Positions 37,612 through 48,389 of a stretch of DNA of 64,000 bases are shown one piece after another (position 1 is the stretch's first letter; every line of letters begins with the position of its first letter). Both the position numbers and the translations under genes were made by a program. The stretch comes from an uncultured Chthonomonadaceae bacterium (GTDB taxonomy: Bacteria; Armatimonadota; Chthonomonadetes; Chthonomonadales; Chthonomonadaceae), in assembly GCA_963835065.1 (NCBI GenBank), contig CAWIEK010000044.1, forward strand, positions 64,001 through 128,000. The letters are read 5' to 3'. A model generated the notes under the pieces. That model was not told the DNA's origin. It searched no databases and saw only the letters and a program-made list of their open reading frames with translations.

Positions 37612-38512
37612 CGATCAAGAACAGGATGGCTTTTTTTGGGTTGAGCGTCTTTTGCCCAAGCATCATGGTTTGCCAAATCATGATCTTATCAAGGGCTTTT
37701 CGGGACAATGGAACCTCATTGGAGTTGCACAGACGCCACTGCATGTCGGCTCTGGTGAACTGAGCCTGATGGAAGGCCAGATGGTGTTTTCATTCAATCG
37801 TCAGGTTAATGGAGACAGCGAGATATGCATAATTTCCGGCTCCTCATGGAAGGGCGCGTTCCGAAGCATGGTGGAATTATTCAGTCCTTCCTGTTTTACG
37901 GGAGACTCTTGCCCGAGCCAGTGTCCGGCTTGCTCGCTATTCGGAACCATGGGCTACAGGGGGCGGATCGCTGTTGAAGACAGCCCTATTGCAAACGATG
38001 TGCAAACGGAAATAGCCACATTTCGGCAGCGCACCGAACCCAGGCGAAATGCGCCGCGTGGTGAAGACGCAATTTTTCATAAACTCTATAACCGCGATAT
38101 GACTCCACAGCAGTTGGTGCATCCCGAAGATTGGGAACGTGTAGAAGTTATCCCTGCCCAAACAAGGTTTTTGGTGCGAATACAGTTTCAAAACCTTCAA
38201 TCCTGGGAAATGGGATTGCTCCTCTTTTCACTTGGACTGACAAAATCGTATACTTTCGACTTCAAAGCAGGCGGCGCAAAGAATCGAGGTATGGGTGTGC
38301 TTCGGCTTCATTGGCACAAAGGCTATGCAGCATCTGGAATAAACTGGCTGCTTGATGGAAGTAAAGGTTCTCCCTCCCTTTCCCTCGCGGATCGTGCCTC
38401 CTATGTGTCCGACTACTTTGGGAAAGCAGAGGAGTGGGGTTGCCTGGCTGACGTGCAGAATTTGGCGGAAATTCTCAAGAGGGAGTACCGAAAAGATGCC
38501 GCAAATGCTTGA
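37595..38512 (+). CDS. cas7: Cas7/Csm5-like RAMP
   Basis: QTPLHVGSG, ISGSSWKGAFRS, CPACSLFG, AGGAKNRGMG; GGAGG RBS. Confidence 0.88.
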   Translation: MRIVTDDQEQDGFFWVERLLPKHHGLPNHDLIKGFSGQWNLIGVAQTPLHVGSGELSLMEGQMVFSFNRQVNGDSEICIISGSSWKGAFRSMVELFSPSCFTGDSCPSQCPACSLFGTMGYRGRIAVEDSPIANDVQTEIATFRQRTEPRRNAPRGEDAIFHKLYNRDMTPQQLVHPEDWERVEVIPAQTRFLVRIQFQNLQSWEMGLLLFSLGLTKSYTFDFKAGGAKNRGMGVLRLHWHKGYAASGINWLLDGSKGSPSLSLADRASYVSDYFGKAEEWGCLADVQNLAEILKREYRKDAANA

Positions 38513-39393
38513 AACTCAGGACAGAGAGCATCTCATTCAGCAAGTGCGTCTGTTGCTGCGAAACCTCCGTGAGCAGACCCCTTCAGACACTCTCCCGCAG
38601 ACGATGCGGATGGTTGCGCCGGTTCTCGCTCATCTCAAGCGACGCTCTCTGGCAGCAACCCTGATTCTCCTGGAATATCCGCATGCCAGCGACACTTCGC
38701 AACCGCACTGGGTTGAAATGCGGAGCCAGGTCAAACCATTCCTATCTGAAATTGTGGCAACTTACCCCGACGAGAGGCGGCAACAGGAAGCAGGACTTTA
38801 TGCACTTGGATGGCTGCATCGGCTCAGCCGCATCGTAGGAACAGAGCAGGACAACCAACGTTCTGATAGACCACAAGGGAACAGCCGTGCCAAGATTCCA
38901 GCGAGACAACTTACGCGAGCGTTCCCACAGGCGAGAAACATCAGAACGCTCACGACGCGAAAAGTCCTTGACCAGACCGCAACTCCCTCCTGACGAGCCT
39001 CTACAGCACAACGCGATGGCAGAAGCATTCAGCCGCTTGCAGCAAGAGGAGCAATCCGTCTCAGAGGAAGTTACCGTTCCTATTGTAGTGCCTTCAGAGG
39101 CAATGGTCGGCGACACTGACGAGGATAAGGAGGCAATGGCACGGCCAAGTTTCGGGAAACACCAACTATGGGTGACGGCGCTTCCCGGAGCCAAGCCTCG
39201 CATTGTAACCGAATGGGGAGAGCGCGTCACCTGTTACGGCATACAAGATTACAATATTCCTGAAACTGCCAAATACCCGCAGGAAGATGGCAGCGTGGAC
39301 TTGATGTGCCTCGCGGAAGTAACTTACAAAGACGGTCATGCGGTTTCTGCGCGTTTCGTCAAATGGATCGAGCAGGCTGATTTTGAGGATTAA
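38496..39393 (+). CDS. Second Cas11-like helical domain + Arg/Glu-rich linker + C-terminal beta domain; frameshift near 38896
   Basis: LYALGWLHRL small-subunit-like motif; removing one T joins AKI to QRDNLR. Confidence 0.5.
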
Positions 39394-39473
39394 TCCGATA
39401 ATCTGTCACAGGGTTCGCCTGCTCAACTCATTCCATATTTATCAGTGACCGCCAGACAACATGCTCCATACGT

Positions 39474-41861
39474 TTAGATAGCGGCGATTTGGTTGACTTC
39501 GGTTTGGATTTTGACGAGCTTGGCGTATTCGCCGTCTTTCTCCATCAGTTCTTCGTGGGTTCCACATTCCACCATTTTGCCTTCTTTCATCACGACGAGA
39601 CGGCTGGCGTTGCGCAGGGTGGACAGGCGGTGCGCGATGGCAAAGGTGGTTCGGTTTTCGATCAGGCGGGTAATCGCCTCCTGAATGAGTTTTTCGGTTT
39701 CGGTGTCCACACTGGCCGTCGCTTCGTCCAAAATGAGGATTTTCGGGTTGTGCAGGATGGCGCGGGCGATGGAAATGCGCTGGCGCTCGCCGCCCGAAAG
39801 CCGCTGCCCCCGTTCGCCGACATAGGTGTCATAACCGTCCGGGAACTTCAAAATGAACTCGTGGCAGTTGGCGGCTTTGGACGCCCGGAACACTTCGTCT
39901 ATCGTCGCGTCGGGCTTGGCATACGCGATGTTGTCGCGCAGGGTTCCGGGGAACAGGAACGGCTCCTGCAGCACAATGCCCAATTGACTGCGGAAATCTT
40001 CGCCCGCGATGTTGCGAATGTCCACGCCGTCTACCAGGATGCGGCCTTCCGACACTTCGTAAAAGCGCGAGAGGAGGTTGATAATGGTGGATTTGCCCGC
40101 GCCGCTGTGCCCGACAAGCCCGATCATTTCGCCGGGCTGTACGTGGAGGTTGAAGTCGTCGAGGACGCGATTGGCTTTGTCGTAGGTGAAGGCGACGTGC
40201 CGGAATTCCACTTCGCCTTTGATGTCGGGCAGGCGGGTGGCGTTTTCGGCTTCCCGAATATCCGGTTCCGTATCCAGCACTTCAAACACGCGCTCCGCAG
40301 CGGTCAGCGAACGGGTAGACCAGTCCAGCACTTGCGAGAAGTTCTGAAACGGCTGATAGAACTGGATGAGATAGCCGTTGAACATCGTGAGCAGGCCGAG
40401 CGTCATCAAATGGCCGTGAACAGTAACACCATTGAGAACTTGATTCCCGCCGACGATCCAGATGATGTAGCTGCCGGTACTCATCAGCAGGGCGAGCAGC
40501 GGAACGTATGTGGCGCGAAAGGCATTGGCCTCATAACTGGCCTGAAAAACGTTGGTGTTGCGGGTTCGGAAGTTGTTGACTTCGCGGCCTTCCTGCGCAA
40601 AGGCTTTCACGACGCGCATACCGGTTAAGGTGCTGTTGAGCGTGGAGTACATTTTGCTGATGCGCCGCCACACGACATGGTACTTGCGGCGGGCGCGGGG
40701 CATGAACCAGCGCGTCAGGCCGAAGATGAACGGGCCGGGCGTGAGCATCAGCAGCGCCAATTGCCAGTTGAGCCGAAACAGGACGAAGCCGATGCCTATC
40801 AGGGTCAGCACGTTGCTGATGAGCCAGGGGATGCCGTCGGCGAGGAAGTCCCAGAGGTTTTCGGCATCGTTGGTGACGCGCGCCATGACGCTGCCCGTAC
40901 TGCGCTTGTCGTAGTAGGCAAGCGATAACTGCTGAAACTTGTCGTACAGCGCCATGCGAATGTCCATCGTAATGCGCCCGCCAAGCCAGGGGTTGAGGCG
41001 GCGCTGGCCGTAAACAAAACAGGCGTTGGCGACGCGGGCAAGCGCAAACAGGCCGACAAAGCCGAGCAGGGGCCGCAGCGTCGTGTCATGAGCGCGGGTT
41101 TGGGCATTAAGTGTGTCTATGATGCGGCCCGCGACCCAGGGCGGCAGCAGGTCCACAAGGGTAATACCGACAATCAGGCTGATGGCAAGCACGACCTGCT
41201 TTTTGTAGGGCGTGAGGAACTGGAACAGGCGCAGAAGGACAGCCCGCTTGTTGGTGCAGGCGGGGCAAATGTCGCTGTCCTGGGGCAGGATGCGCTTGCA
41301 GTTCGGGCAATTCTTGCGCTTCTCCTCGGCTTTTTCCTGCTTGGGTGGCTCGCCTTTGGCAAGGGCGTTCAATTGCCGGGCGACAATGCTGGCTTCCCCG
41401 ATGTTGGCCTGTGAAAACCGCATCAGGGGAATGGTTTCCGCGTCCGTTCGCACTTGAATCAGGCCGTTGCCGACAAGCGTATCGGTTTTGGCTTCCTGAA
41501 TTTGCTTGAGCGGAATCGCATGGCGCACTTTGGCATGATTGCCGCCGTTGCGCGCGAACACATACACCTGCGCGTCGTCTACAACCAGCCATTCCGGGTG
41601 AAACACGCCTTCGGGCGTAATATCGGTTTCAAAAACAAGCGGTTTTTCCGCCGTCGGTATGGGCGCATTCTCCAGGTTGTCATCATCGTCGTTGGTGACT
41701 GGTGGTTGATGGTTGGTGAGTGGTGACTCGTGGCTGGCAGGGGCGTTCTCTGTAACTGCGCTGAACGCATTGGACGCAGGAGGATTGGTGACAGCGGCGT
41801 TGGCGCGCAGTTCGCGCAGCGTGTTTTCGACTTCTTCCGGCAGCGTTTCCAGCAGAGCCAT
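39474..41861 (-). CDS. ABC transporter ATP-binding/permease protein with N-terminal extension and CxxC...CxxC
   Basis: GHSGAGKST, LSGGERQR, ILILDEATAS; TM domain. Confidence 0.95.
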   Translation of the reverse strand: MALLETLPEEVENTLRELRANAAVTNPPASNAFSAVTENAPASHESPLTNHQPPVTNDDDDNLENAPIPTAEKPLVFETDITPEGVFHPEWLVVDDAQVYVFARNGGNHAKVRHAIPLKQIQEAKTDTLVGNGLIQVRTDAETIPLMRFSQANIGEASIVARQLNALAKGEPPKQEKAEEKRKNCPNCKRILPQDSDICPACTNKRAVLLRLFQFLTPYKKQVVLAISLIVGITLVDLLPPWVAGRIIDTLNAQTRAHDTTLRPLLGFVGLFALARVANACFVYGQRRLNPWLGGRITMDIRMALYDKFQQLSLAYYDKRSTGSVMARVTNDAENLWDFLADGIPWLISNVLTLIGIGFVLFRLNWQLALLMLTPGPFIFGLTRWFMPRARRKYHVVWRRISKMYSTLNSTLTGMRVVKAFAQEGREVNNFRTRNTNVFQASYEANAFRATYVPLLALLMSTGSYIIWIVGGNQVLNGVTVHGHLMTLGLLTMFNGYLIQFYQPFQNFSQVLDWSTRSLTAAERVFEVLDTEPDIREAENATRLPDIKGEVEFRHVAFTYDKANRVLDDFNLHVQPGEMIGLVGHSGAGKSTIINLLSRFYEVSEGRILVDGVDIRNIAGEDFRSQLGIVLQEPFLFPGTLRDNIAYAKPDATIDEVFRASKAANCHEFILKFPDGYDTYVGERGQRLSGGERQRISIARAILHNPKILILDEATASVDTETEKLIQEAITRLIENRTTFAIAHRLSTLRNASRLVVMKEGKMVECGTHEELMEKDGEYAKLVKIQTEVNQIAAI

Positions 41862-42172
41862 AATGATTGATTGCCTTTGTATGCGTTCGAATAGAGTTGG
41901 ATGGGTTCTGTGAGGAGCGTGGAGCGTTCGGCGGAACGCGGGCAGACATACACGAGCCTGAACGATTATGCTGACAAAAGTATACCTTTAATGAACTACG
42001 AACAACGCCCTGGTAAAGTTTACCTTATGAGGGCATTGTCCGTGTTCCTGTCAAGCGCTTTTAACGTGACGATCAAAGAGGGGCGCGTGTTCCGTTGTTG
42101 GAGTGTTGGAAGGTGACAAACGCGAGAGGACTAAATGTTTGTGGGGAAGGCATACGCGGAATGTTTGCAGGG

Positions 42173-42721
42173 CTATTTGCGCGCGATTGCAGGCGTAGCG
42201 CGATACAGCGCCGCGCCTTTATACGTGAGAACGGCGTCCTGTTCCAGTTCCAGAAAATGGGTTTGTGGATTGATTTTGCCTGCCAATTTGTACTGCGCTT
42301 TGCCGATATGCAGGTCCAATCGGCTGTTGGGCAGAATCGCGTAGGTTCCGCTCCAGGCGACGGTGACGGTATGTCCGTCCGCGCTTTCCTGAACACTTGC
42401 CACGCTCAGGTCGGGAAACGGCATGGCGGTGGTTCCCGCCGCGCTTGCTGCAAGCAGCTGTGTTTCGCCCTGTACCGCCCCGTGCCCAAAGATCACTTTC
42501 TGCGACAGGACGCCCAACTCGACATTCGGCCCAATCGGGTCGCTGCCCACAGACTGCAATTCCCATTCGCCATCAATGCACTCGGCGGTCAGCGCGCTGT
42601 CCTTGCCGACCGTATGCGCTTTGGAAAGCCGCGCGCCCGCGAACACGCCCACCGCGCCCACAACCGCCAATCCCACCTGTACCCGTCCATTCCGCAAACG
42701 CGCTATTTCCATTCTTGCCAT
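42173..42721 (-). CDS. Hypothetical exported protein (lipocalin-like beta barrel?)
   Basis: N-terminal hydrophobic segment; IDGEWEL motif. Confidence 0.5.
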   Translation of the reverse strand: MARMEIARLRNGRVQVGLAVVGAVGVFAGARLSKAHTVGKDSALTAECIDGEWELQSVGSDPIGPNVELGVLSQKVIFGHGAVQGETQLLAASAAGTTAMPFPDLSVASVQESADGHTVTVAWSGTYAILPNSRLDLHIGKAQYKLAGKINPQTHFLELEQDAVLTYKGAALYRATPAIARK

Positions 42722-42915
42722 ACCGTGCCATTCCCTTCGCCGCTGTTCTTAAACTGCCTCCCGTTATTATTGGCAAATCCCGGCTGATTTTTCACCATCG
42801 GCCTTAGCAGGAACAGGGCCGCGGAATGGCGAATATGAACGCAATCGGACACGTCCACTGCAACAAATTTCCCTTCATGAAGTTTTGTTTATCCATGCTT
42901 GTAGAAAGAGGCCAC

Positions 42916-43975
42916 ATGACGCAACAGCCAACACCGATAACGGATGCAGACGCAACCATAGATCATGACCGTTTGTTCAAGACGCTGCTGACCACGTTCT
43001 TTGTAGATTTCGTCGCGCTGTTCCTGCCCGAAGTGAGCGCGAGAATGGAGCCGGACAGTCTGGAGTTTCTGAGCCAGGAGATTTTCACCGACATCCATTC
43101 GGGTGAAAAGCACATTGTGGATGTTCTGGTCAAGGTGAGGCTGCAAGGCGAGGAAACGTGTCTGCTGATCCATGTAGAGAACCAGGCGTCTTCACAAGCG
43201 GAGTTCGCGCGGCGCATGTTCACGTTATTTTGCCCGTCTGCACGAGAAGTACGGCTTGCCCATCTACCCCGTCGCCGTGTTCTCTTTCGATGCGCCTAAA
43301 CGCGCTGAACCGAACAAGTACGTCATGAACGTTCCCGGCTTGCGCGTACTGGACTTCCGCTTCCGCGCCATTCAACTCAACCGGCTGCCGTGGCGGCGCT
43401 TTATGAAGCAGGCCAATCCGGTTGCCGTGGCCTTGATGACCAAAATGAAGATTGCGCCGAGCGACCAGAAGCGGGTAAAACTGCAATGCCTGCGCCTGCT
43501 GCTCACGCTCAAACTTGATCCGGCCAAGTCGGATTTGATTTTCCTGTTTATGGAAACGTATTTGAGACTGAATACAACCGATGAGCAATGGTATCAGCGC
43601 GCAGTAGATACGCTGAGTACAACCGAAAAGGAGCAAACGATGGAACTGATGAGCAGTGTGGGCCGCGAAGCCTGGCGCAAAGGCCTGGAGGAAGGACGCC
43701 AGGCCGGGCTGCAAACGGGCCTTCAGGAAGGACGACAAGTTGGCATTCAGGAAGGACGACAAGTTGGCATTCAGGAAGGACGACAGGAAGGACTTCAAGC
43801 GGGAGTAACGACTGTGGTATCACGTATACTGCAGCGCAAATTCGGTTCTGTGCCTCCTGCGCTGCTGCAGCGGGTTCAAACATTGTCCGTCGCAAACGCC
43901 GAAGCGTTGGCCGAAGAACTGCTTGGCAACATCACGCTTGCCGATGTGGAAGCATGGCTTGACCGCTTGCCGTGA
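42916..43975 (+). CDS. Rpn family (PD-(D/E)xK) / DUF4351 protein; frameshift near 43225
   Basis: DHDRLFKTLL, LIHVENQ, F.RRMF; EGRQ repeats; removing one T gives MFTYFARLHEKYGLPIYP. Confidence 0.88.
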
Positions 43976-44032
43976 CAGCGATAGGAATGATATGCGCGTC
44001 TGGCAACGTGTGACAGTCCTGCGAAAAGTGAG

Positions 44033-45064
44033 CTACGCTCCATCCGTTTTTGCAGGGCTGTCGCGTTCGCCGGATTCAGCGGCAGGCCGAAGGAGTTCGG
44101 CGGGGGGCGTATTGGCAACTGTTTGACCGACCGGGCGCAGCAGTTCGCGGGGCGCGGCGATCTGCGCGGGGTTGGCCGTGCCGCGCAGCAGCGTAGCGCT
44201 TTGTTCGGCGCGGCGGGCGCGCGTTTGGAGGAACGGCAGGCATTGTTTCGCCTGCTCGCGCACCTGTGGATGCGGCGACAGGCTCAGGTTCTCAACGACG
44301 GGAATGGCGCGCGGATCGCCGATCTGTTCCAGGGCTTGCAGCGTGGCGATCTGCATGGCTGGCTCGGAGCGAAATGCGAGTTCCAGCAGCGCGGTCATTT
44401 GCGCAGGGGTGATTGCTGCCGCATGATCGGCGCGGACGCGCGGCAGCAGTTCCCGGAGCGCCTGATGCGCAGCCTGGCGCACGGCTGTTTCTCCATCGTG
44501 GGCGGCAACCGCAAGGACGCCGACAGCGCGCGGATCGCCCGCCTGTCGCAGTTCGCTGACGGTTTTACGGCGCTTGCCCATCGTTTGATCTGCCGCCCAT
44601 GCGCCGCCGCCAACGTACCACAGCCACCAATTTCCGGCCAAACGCCAGTGCGACGCCCAGAATAGAAACACCACAAACGCAGCGAACCCGGCAATTCGCA
44701 ACCGCCGCAGAATTTTGAACCTGCGGGCCTGAATCGTTTCCGCCATCAAGCGCTGCATAATATCTTCCACGCTCTGCTGTAGCTCTGCCGACTGTCGCTT
44801 TTGCGCTGCGCCTTTGTCCAACGCCGACAACACTTCCAGCGTAGCCATGCGCGCGTCAACGCGCGTTTTCGTGTCGGCGTTGTGCAGCGCGTCTATTACG
44901 GTCGGCGGTGTGGAGGAAGCGGAAGCAGTATTAGACTGAGCAATGGTGTTACGGGCTTGTTCCAGAGCCGAGGGTTGGGCTGCACTGTCATTTTCAGGGA
45001 AAGTCTCAACCATCGCCTGTGATTCGCTTTGATCTTGCGGGGCAGGGTTTACGTGAAGGTTCAT
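44033..45064 (-). CDS. HEAT-repeat membrane protein
   Basis: GDPRAV/GDPRAI HEAT repeats; central TM segment. Confidence 0.7.
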   Translation of the reverse strand: MNLHVNPAPQDQSESQAMVETFPENDSAAQPSALEQARNTIAQSNTASASSTPPTVIDALHNADTKTRVDARMATLEVLSALDKGAAQKRQSAELQQSVEDIMQRLMAETIQARRFKILRRLRIAGFAAFVVFLFWASHWRLAGNWWLWYVGGGAWAADQTMGKRRKTVSELRQAGDPRAVGVLAVAAHDGETAVRQAAHQALRELLPRVRADHAAAITPAQMTALLELAFRSEPAMQIATLQALEQIGDPRAIPVVENLSLSPHPQVREQAKQCLPFLQTRARRAEQSATLLRGTANPAQIAAPRELLRPVGQTVANTPPAELLRPAAESGERDSPAKTDGA

Positions 45065-45261
45065 GGCGATTAGAGCGGATTGGGAGCAAAGACAATAACG
45101 GCAAAGACTTTTCGGTCTTTGCCGTTATAATCATAATCATCGCGGGATAGCGAACTGCGTAATCTATCACGCGACAAACATTGTAATGCAAGCGCTGAAC
45201 ATCAACGAGCAGGCAAGCGCAGGAACCAACATCATTCTATAGCGCGTATCCGCCCAAAATT

Positions 45262-45435
45262 TCAGGCAGCCACCAACACCGGCTCCGCTTCCACTTCCGA
45301 GGGCGTGTATCCCAATTCGGCGAGAATATCGTTGGGGTCGGTTTCGAGCAGTTCCGCAACGGCGCGAACGAAGTCGAGCGACGGGCCTGCCGTCAATGTT
45401 TCGGCGCTTTGCCATTCCATCTGATTGGTTTCCAT
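45262..45435 (-). CDS. Small hypothetical protein (HTH-like tail)
   Basis: PSLDFVRAVAELLETDPNDILAELGY; GAGG RBS. Confidence 0.5.
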   Translation of the reverse strand: METNQMEWQSAETLTAGPSLDFVRAVAELLETDPNDILAELGYTPSEVEAEPVLVAA

Positions 45436-45640
45436 GATCCTACCTCGCTTATTCGGGACAGCACCTCGTTGTTCTGTCCGGCTGAATTGTATTCGGCGCA
45501 GCCACGCGATAATAGCGTCTTGCTGCATCCCGCGTTAGTATAACATACGCGGTGAAGCAAATCAAGCGAATCTGGCCGTGAAGGTATCTTTTTTGCGCAG
45601 ATTTTATATGCAAAGCCGAGTAGAAGCCTGTAGTTGCGGT

Positions 45641-45898
45641 TCAGCGCCCGCTTTGACCGGGGCCGGGAGCCGAAACCGGCCCGCCCGCGCCCGTACTCAT
45701 CCGCTGCGTACTGCTGCCGGTTTGAACGACGCCCTGCCCCTGTGTGCTGCGAGTGCCCACGCCCGTACCGCCCGAACCCTGCGCCGCCGTACCCATTGAA
45801 CCGGCTTCGGGGTCTACGCTTTCCGAACTGCGGCAGCCCGCCAATCCCGGCGCCATCAATAACGCGCTCAACACTATGTAACGTGTACCCAACTTCAT
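45641..45898 (-). CDS. Small lipoprotein
   Basis: Signal peptide with LAGC lipobox; Gly/Ser/Thr-rich. Confidence 0.65.
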   Translation of the reverse strand: MKLGTRYIVLSALLMAPGLAGCRSSESVDPEAGSMGTAAQGSGGTGVGTRSTQGQGVVQTGSSTQRMSTGAGGPVSAPGPGQSGR

Positions 45899-45910
45899 GT
45901 TTGTGACTCC

Positions 45911-46243
45911 TTACTGCCAGTTATCGGTATTCTCTTCTTTCGCGCTTTCGCCGGGCATGGCAAAATTGCGGGCGGCTTCGTGGGGCGTGAGCAGCAGGCA
46001 ATACGTCATGTGCAGCATTTCGGTTTTCGGCACGGGATCAAAGACAGGGTAGAAAAACGCTTCCCGTTCCAGACCGTCCTTGCCCTCAAACAAGCGCGAT
46101 ACCACTTTCATATCAATTTTATTGTCGCCGCGTAGGGTCGTGGACACCAGCGCATCAGGATCGTGGAGGCCCCACTCTTCGCGCACCAGTGTTTCCAGCC
46201 TCAATCGCAACGCCTCTACATCCACACTGCTCTCATCACGCAA
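45911..46243 (-). CDS. Hypothetical protein
   Basis: Globular-looking C-terminal part of ORF 45911..46390; the upstream part is heptamer-repeat derived; start uncertain. Confidence 0.45.
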   Translation of the reverse strand: MRDESSVDVEALRLRLETLVREEWGLHDPDALVSTTLRGDNKIDMKVVSRLFEGKDGLEREAFFYPVFDPVPKTEMLHMTYCLLLTPHEAARNFAMPGESAKEENTDNWQ

Positions 46244-46362
46244 TCCCTCACCCGCAGCCTTCCCTCTTACCAACCACCAATCACCCGTTACTAACCACCA
46301 CTCCCGGCATTGTAGCCGTTTTGACAGAACGATTGCAACCCCGGCCAAACGGTTCGAGACGC

Positions 46363-47133
46363 TTACTGCTTGTGATGAACTTCGCGGCACAATCCCTTTT
46401 GCGAAAGGCAGCGGCGGCAGTTGCGCTGTCGGCGGATCGCGTCCACTACCGTTATGCCAGCCGCCACGCCGAAGTTGATCCAGCGTAGAGAAGCGGGAAG
46501 CGGCAGCAGGGAAGGTGTCAGCAGCAGGCCAAACAGCAGATTATTGGTGGCGTAACTGCCCGCCTTATCCCAGAAGCAATGCCTGCGCAATGCCTGCGTG
46601 AACCGAACGGTTTGAACGCCCGCGCCTGTGAGCAGCAGAGCAAACAGCGCGAACAAATGCGAATGATATACGGCAAAAGCAGCGCTTCCAAGCAGTAACA
46701 CCCAACTCGCAAGCGCAAAGCGAAGATAGCGCAGCCGCGCCGCGCGGTTGAAGTCGGGGGCGCAGTCGAAGCCGTCGCGGGGCGGGGCGCAGCCGGCAAT
46801 CACGCGGCGGTTATAAGTGACAAGTTGATAAAAGGCATACACCAGCGCGCGGAAGGGCGCGTTGCGAAACAGGGGCGTGAAAATGGGAAAGCGGTGTCCG
46901 ATGAGCAGGAACAGGGCGTCCATGCCATACGTCACTTCGCCCGTTTGCGTGTCGAGCAGGGGGATTTCGTGCCGCGCCCGCTTCAAGTCTAACCGCTGCA
47001 TCGTGTCCGCGTTTGCGCGGGCCATGCCGACGCGATGATCGGGCGTCAATATGCCCATGCGAACAAATCCCTGCGTGTACACCTTGCACATCGGGCAACT
47101 GTCGTCATACAGAATAACCTTGTTTGTCAACAT
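46363..47133 (-). CDS. DCC1-like (DUF393) thiol-disulfide oxidoreductase with TM helices
   Basis: ILYDDSCPMC DxxCxxC motif. Confidence 0.8.
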   Translation of the reverse strand: MLTNKVILYDDSCPMCKVYTQGFVRMGILTPDHRVGMARANADTMQRLDLKRARHEIPLLDTQTGEVTYGMDALFLLIGHRFPIFTPLFRNAPFRALVYAFYQLVTYNRRVIAGCAPPRDGFDCAPDFNRAARLRYLRFALASWVLLLGSAAFAVYHSHLFALFALLLTGAGVQTVRFTQALRRHCFWDKAGSYATNNLLFGLLLTPSLLPLPASLRWINFGVAAGITVVDAIRRQRNCRRCLSQKGLCREVHHKQ

Positions 47134-47433
47134 CCGCGTTCTCCTTCCGAACCGCTTCGTTGCCGCACTTGCCTCTTGCTTTCAACAAAATGACCACAAA
47201 ATGACCGAGTTGTGAACGACCCGTCTACAGGGCGTTCCGCCAGCCGGTCTGCGACCGGAATACGTGATTGTTGAAAGTTCCTGCGGCGTGAAAACAAGTT
47301 TTCGCCGCTTATTCTTTATGTACGCGCCAGTCTGTGCAAAGTTTCACAAACTTTTGTTTAGTATCGCTCCTGCTGCTTCTTCCTTTTCCTAAGCATTGCG
47401 CCAATTACTCCTCAAGCCTGCCGGAAGGAACAA

Positions 47434-47640
47434 TCAGGCGGGAACGGGAAACCCTGCCCGTTCAAGCGCGGCTATTAGCGCATCACGGGAAACGTTCGCC
47501 TCATGCGTGACCGTTACATTTTTGGTGGCAATGTCCACGTTGACACTCTGGATGCCGGGCAAAGCGCCCACTGCCTTCTTGATAGCATTAGCGCAGCCGT
47601 CACACATTATATCGGGCGCGGAAACAGTGGTTGTCTGCAT
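47434..47640 (-). CDS. copZ: Heavy-metal-associated (CopZ-like) chaperone
   Basis: DIMCDGC HMA motif; 68 aa; AAGGAG RBS. Confidence 0.85.
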   Translation of the reverse strand: MQTTTVSAPDIMCDGCANAIKKAVGALPGIQSVNVDIATKNVTVTHEANVSRDALIAALERAGFPVPA

Positions 47641-47694
47641 GGTATTCTCCTTATGATGGTTTAGCAGGCCGGCACACTTACGCGACAAAGCGAC

Positions 47695-48123
47695 ATGGAA
47701 CCTGAAATTACTTACACGCAAAGTCTGGATGATGTGGATTGGGACGCGCTGAAAGCCGCCCTGCGCGCCGACGACTTCGACAACGGGCGCACTCCGACGC
47801 AACTGCGTCAATCGTTTGCCAACAGCCATAGTTTTTGTTTTGCCTGGGCCGGCGGGCGCATCATCGGCAAAGCGCGTATTTTGTCGGACGGGGTGTGCAA
47901 CGCCTATCTTGTAGACGTATGGACACAAAGCGCGTTCCGCAAACGCGGCATCGCCACACAAATGATTACCCGCCTCCTCAAAGACCTGCCGGGACAGCAT
48001 GTGTACCTGCAATCAGATGAAGGCACACTATCGTTTTACCACAAACTCGGCTTTCATTCGCAGCCGCAGGGACTTTCTATTGTTGTCGGACACTGGCTCG
48101 ACAACACGCCCATAGACGAATAA
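47695..48123 (+). CDS. GNAT family N-acetyltransferase
   Basis: AYLVDVWT...FRKRGIA and FYHKLGF motifs. Confidence 0.9.
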   Translation: MEPEITYTQSLDDVDWDALKAALRADDFDNGRTPTQLRQSFANSHSFCFAWAGGRIIGKARILSDGVCNAYLVDVWTQSAFRKRGIATQMITRLLKDLPGQHVYLQSDEGTLSFYHKLGFHSQPQGLSIVVGHWLDNTPIDE

Positions 48124-48389
48124 TACCGCATCAGGTGTTTGGGGGTTCGGGTGTTCGGGTGTTTTACTGCGCGAAAAGGATGGAGTGTTGATAGTCGCGC
48201 TGTTTGATGCTTACGTAGGCCGTTGTATATAATTATACGACTATAGCCATTTGTTGACGTTTGAGCGGAACCCTGCGTTGTAAATCCTGTAATTAAGGGC
48301 AGCGGCTGCCGATTCATTTGTTCCTGTAAGCAAGGAATGTGGAAGGCGGCGGGCGGCATACGCAACACAGGGAGACACAACAAAACATC

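Noticed and set aside
39394..39473. Possible array or leader downstream of the cas operon
   Set aside because: Only 80 bp with no repeats before the convergent ABC transporter
43700..43800. 24-bp tandem repeats as a possible CRISPR array for the orphan cas module
   Set aside because: No spacers; they are in-frame coding repeats (QEGRQVGI) typical of Rpn proteins
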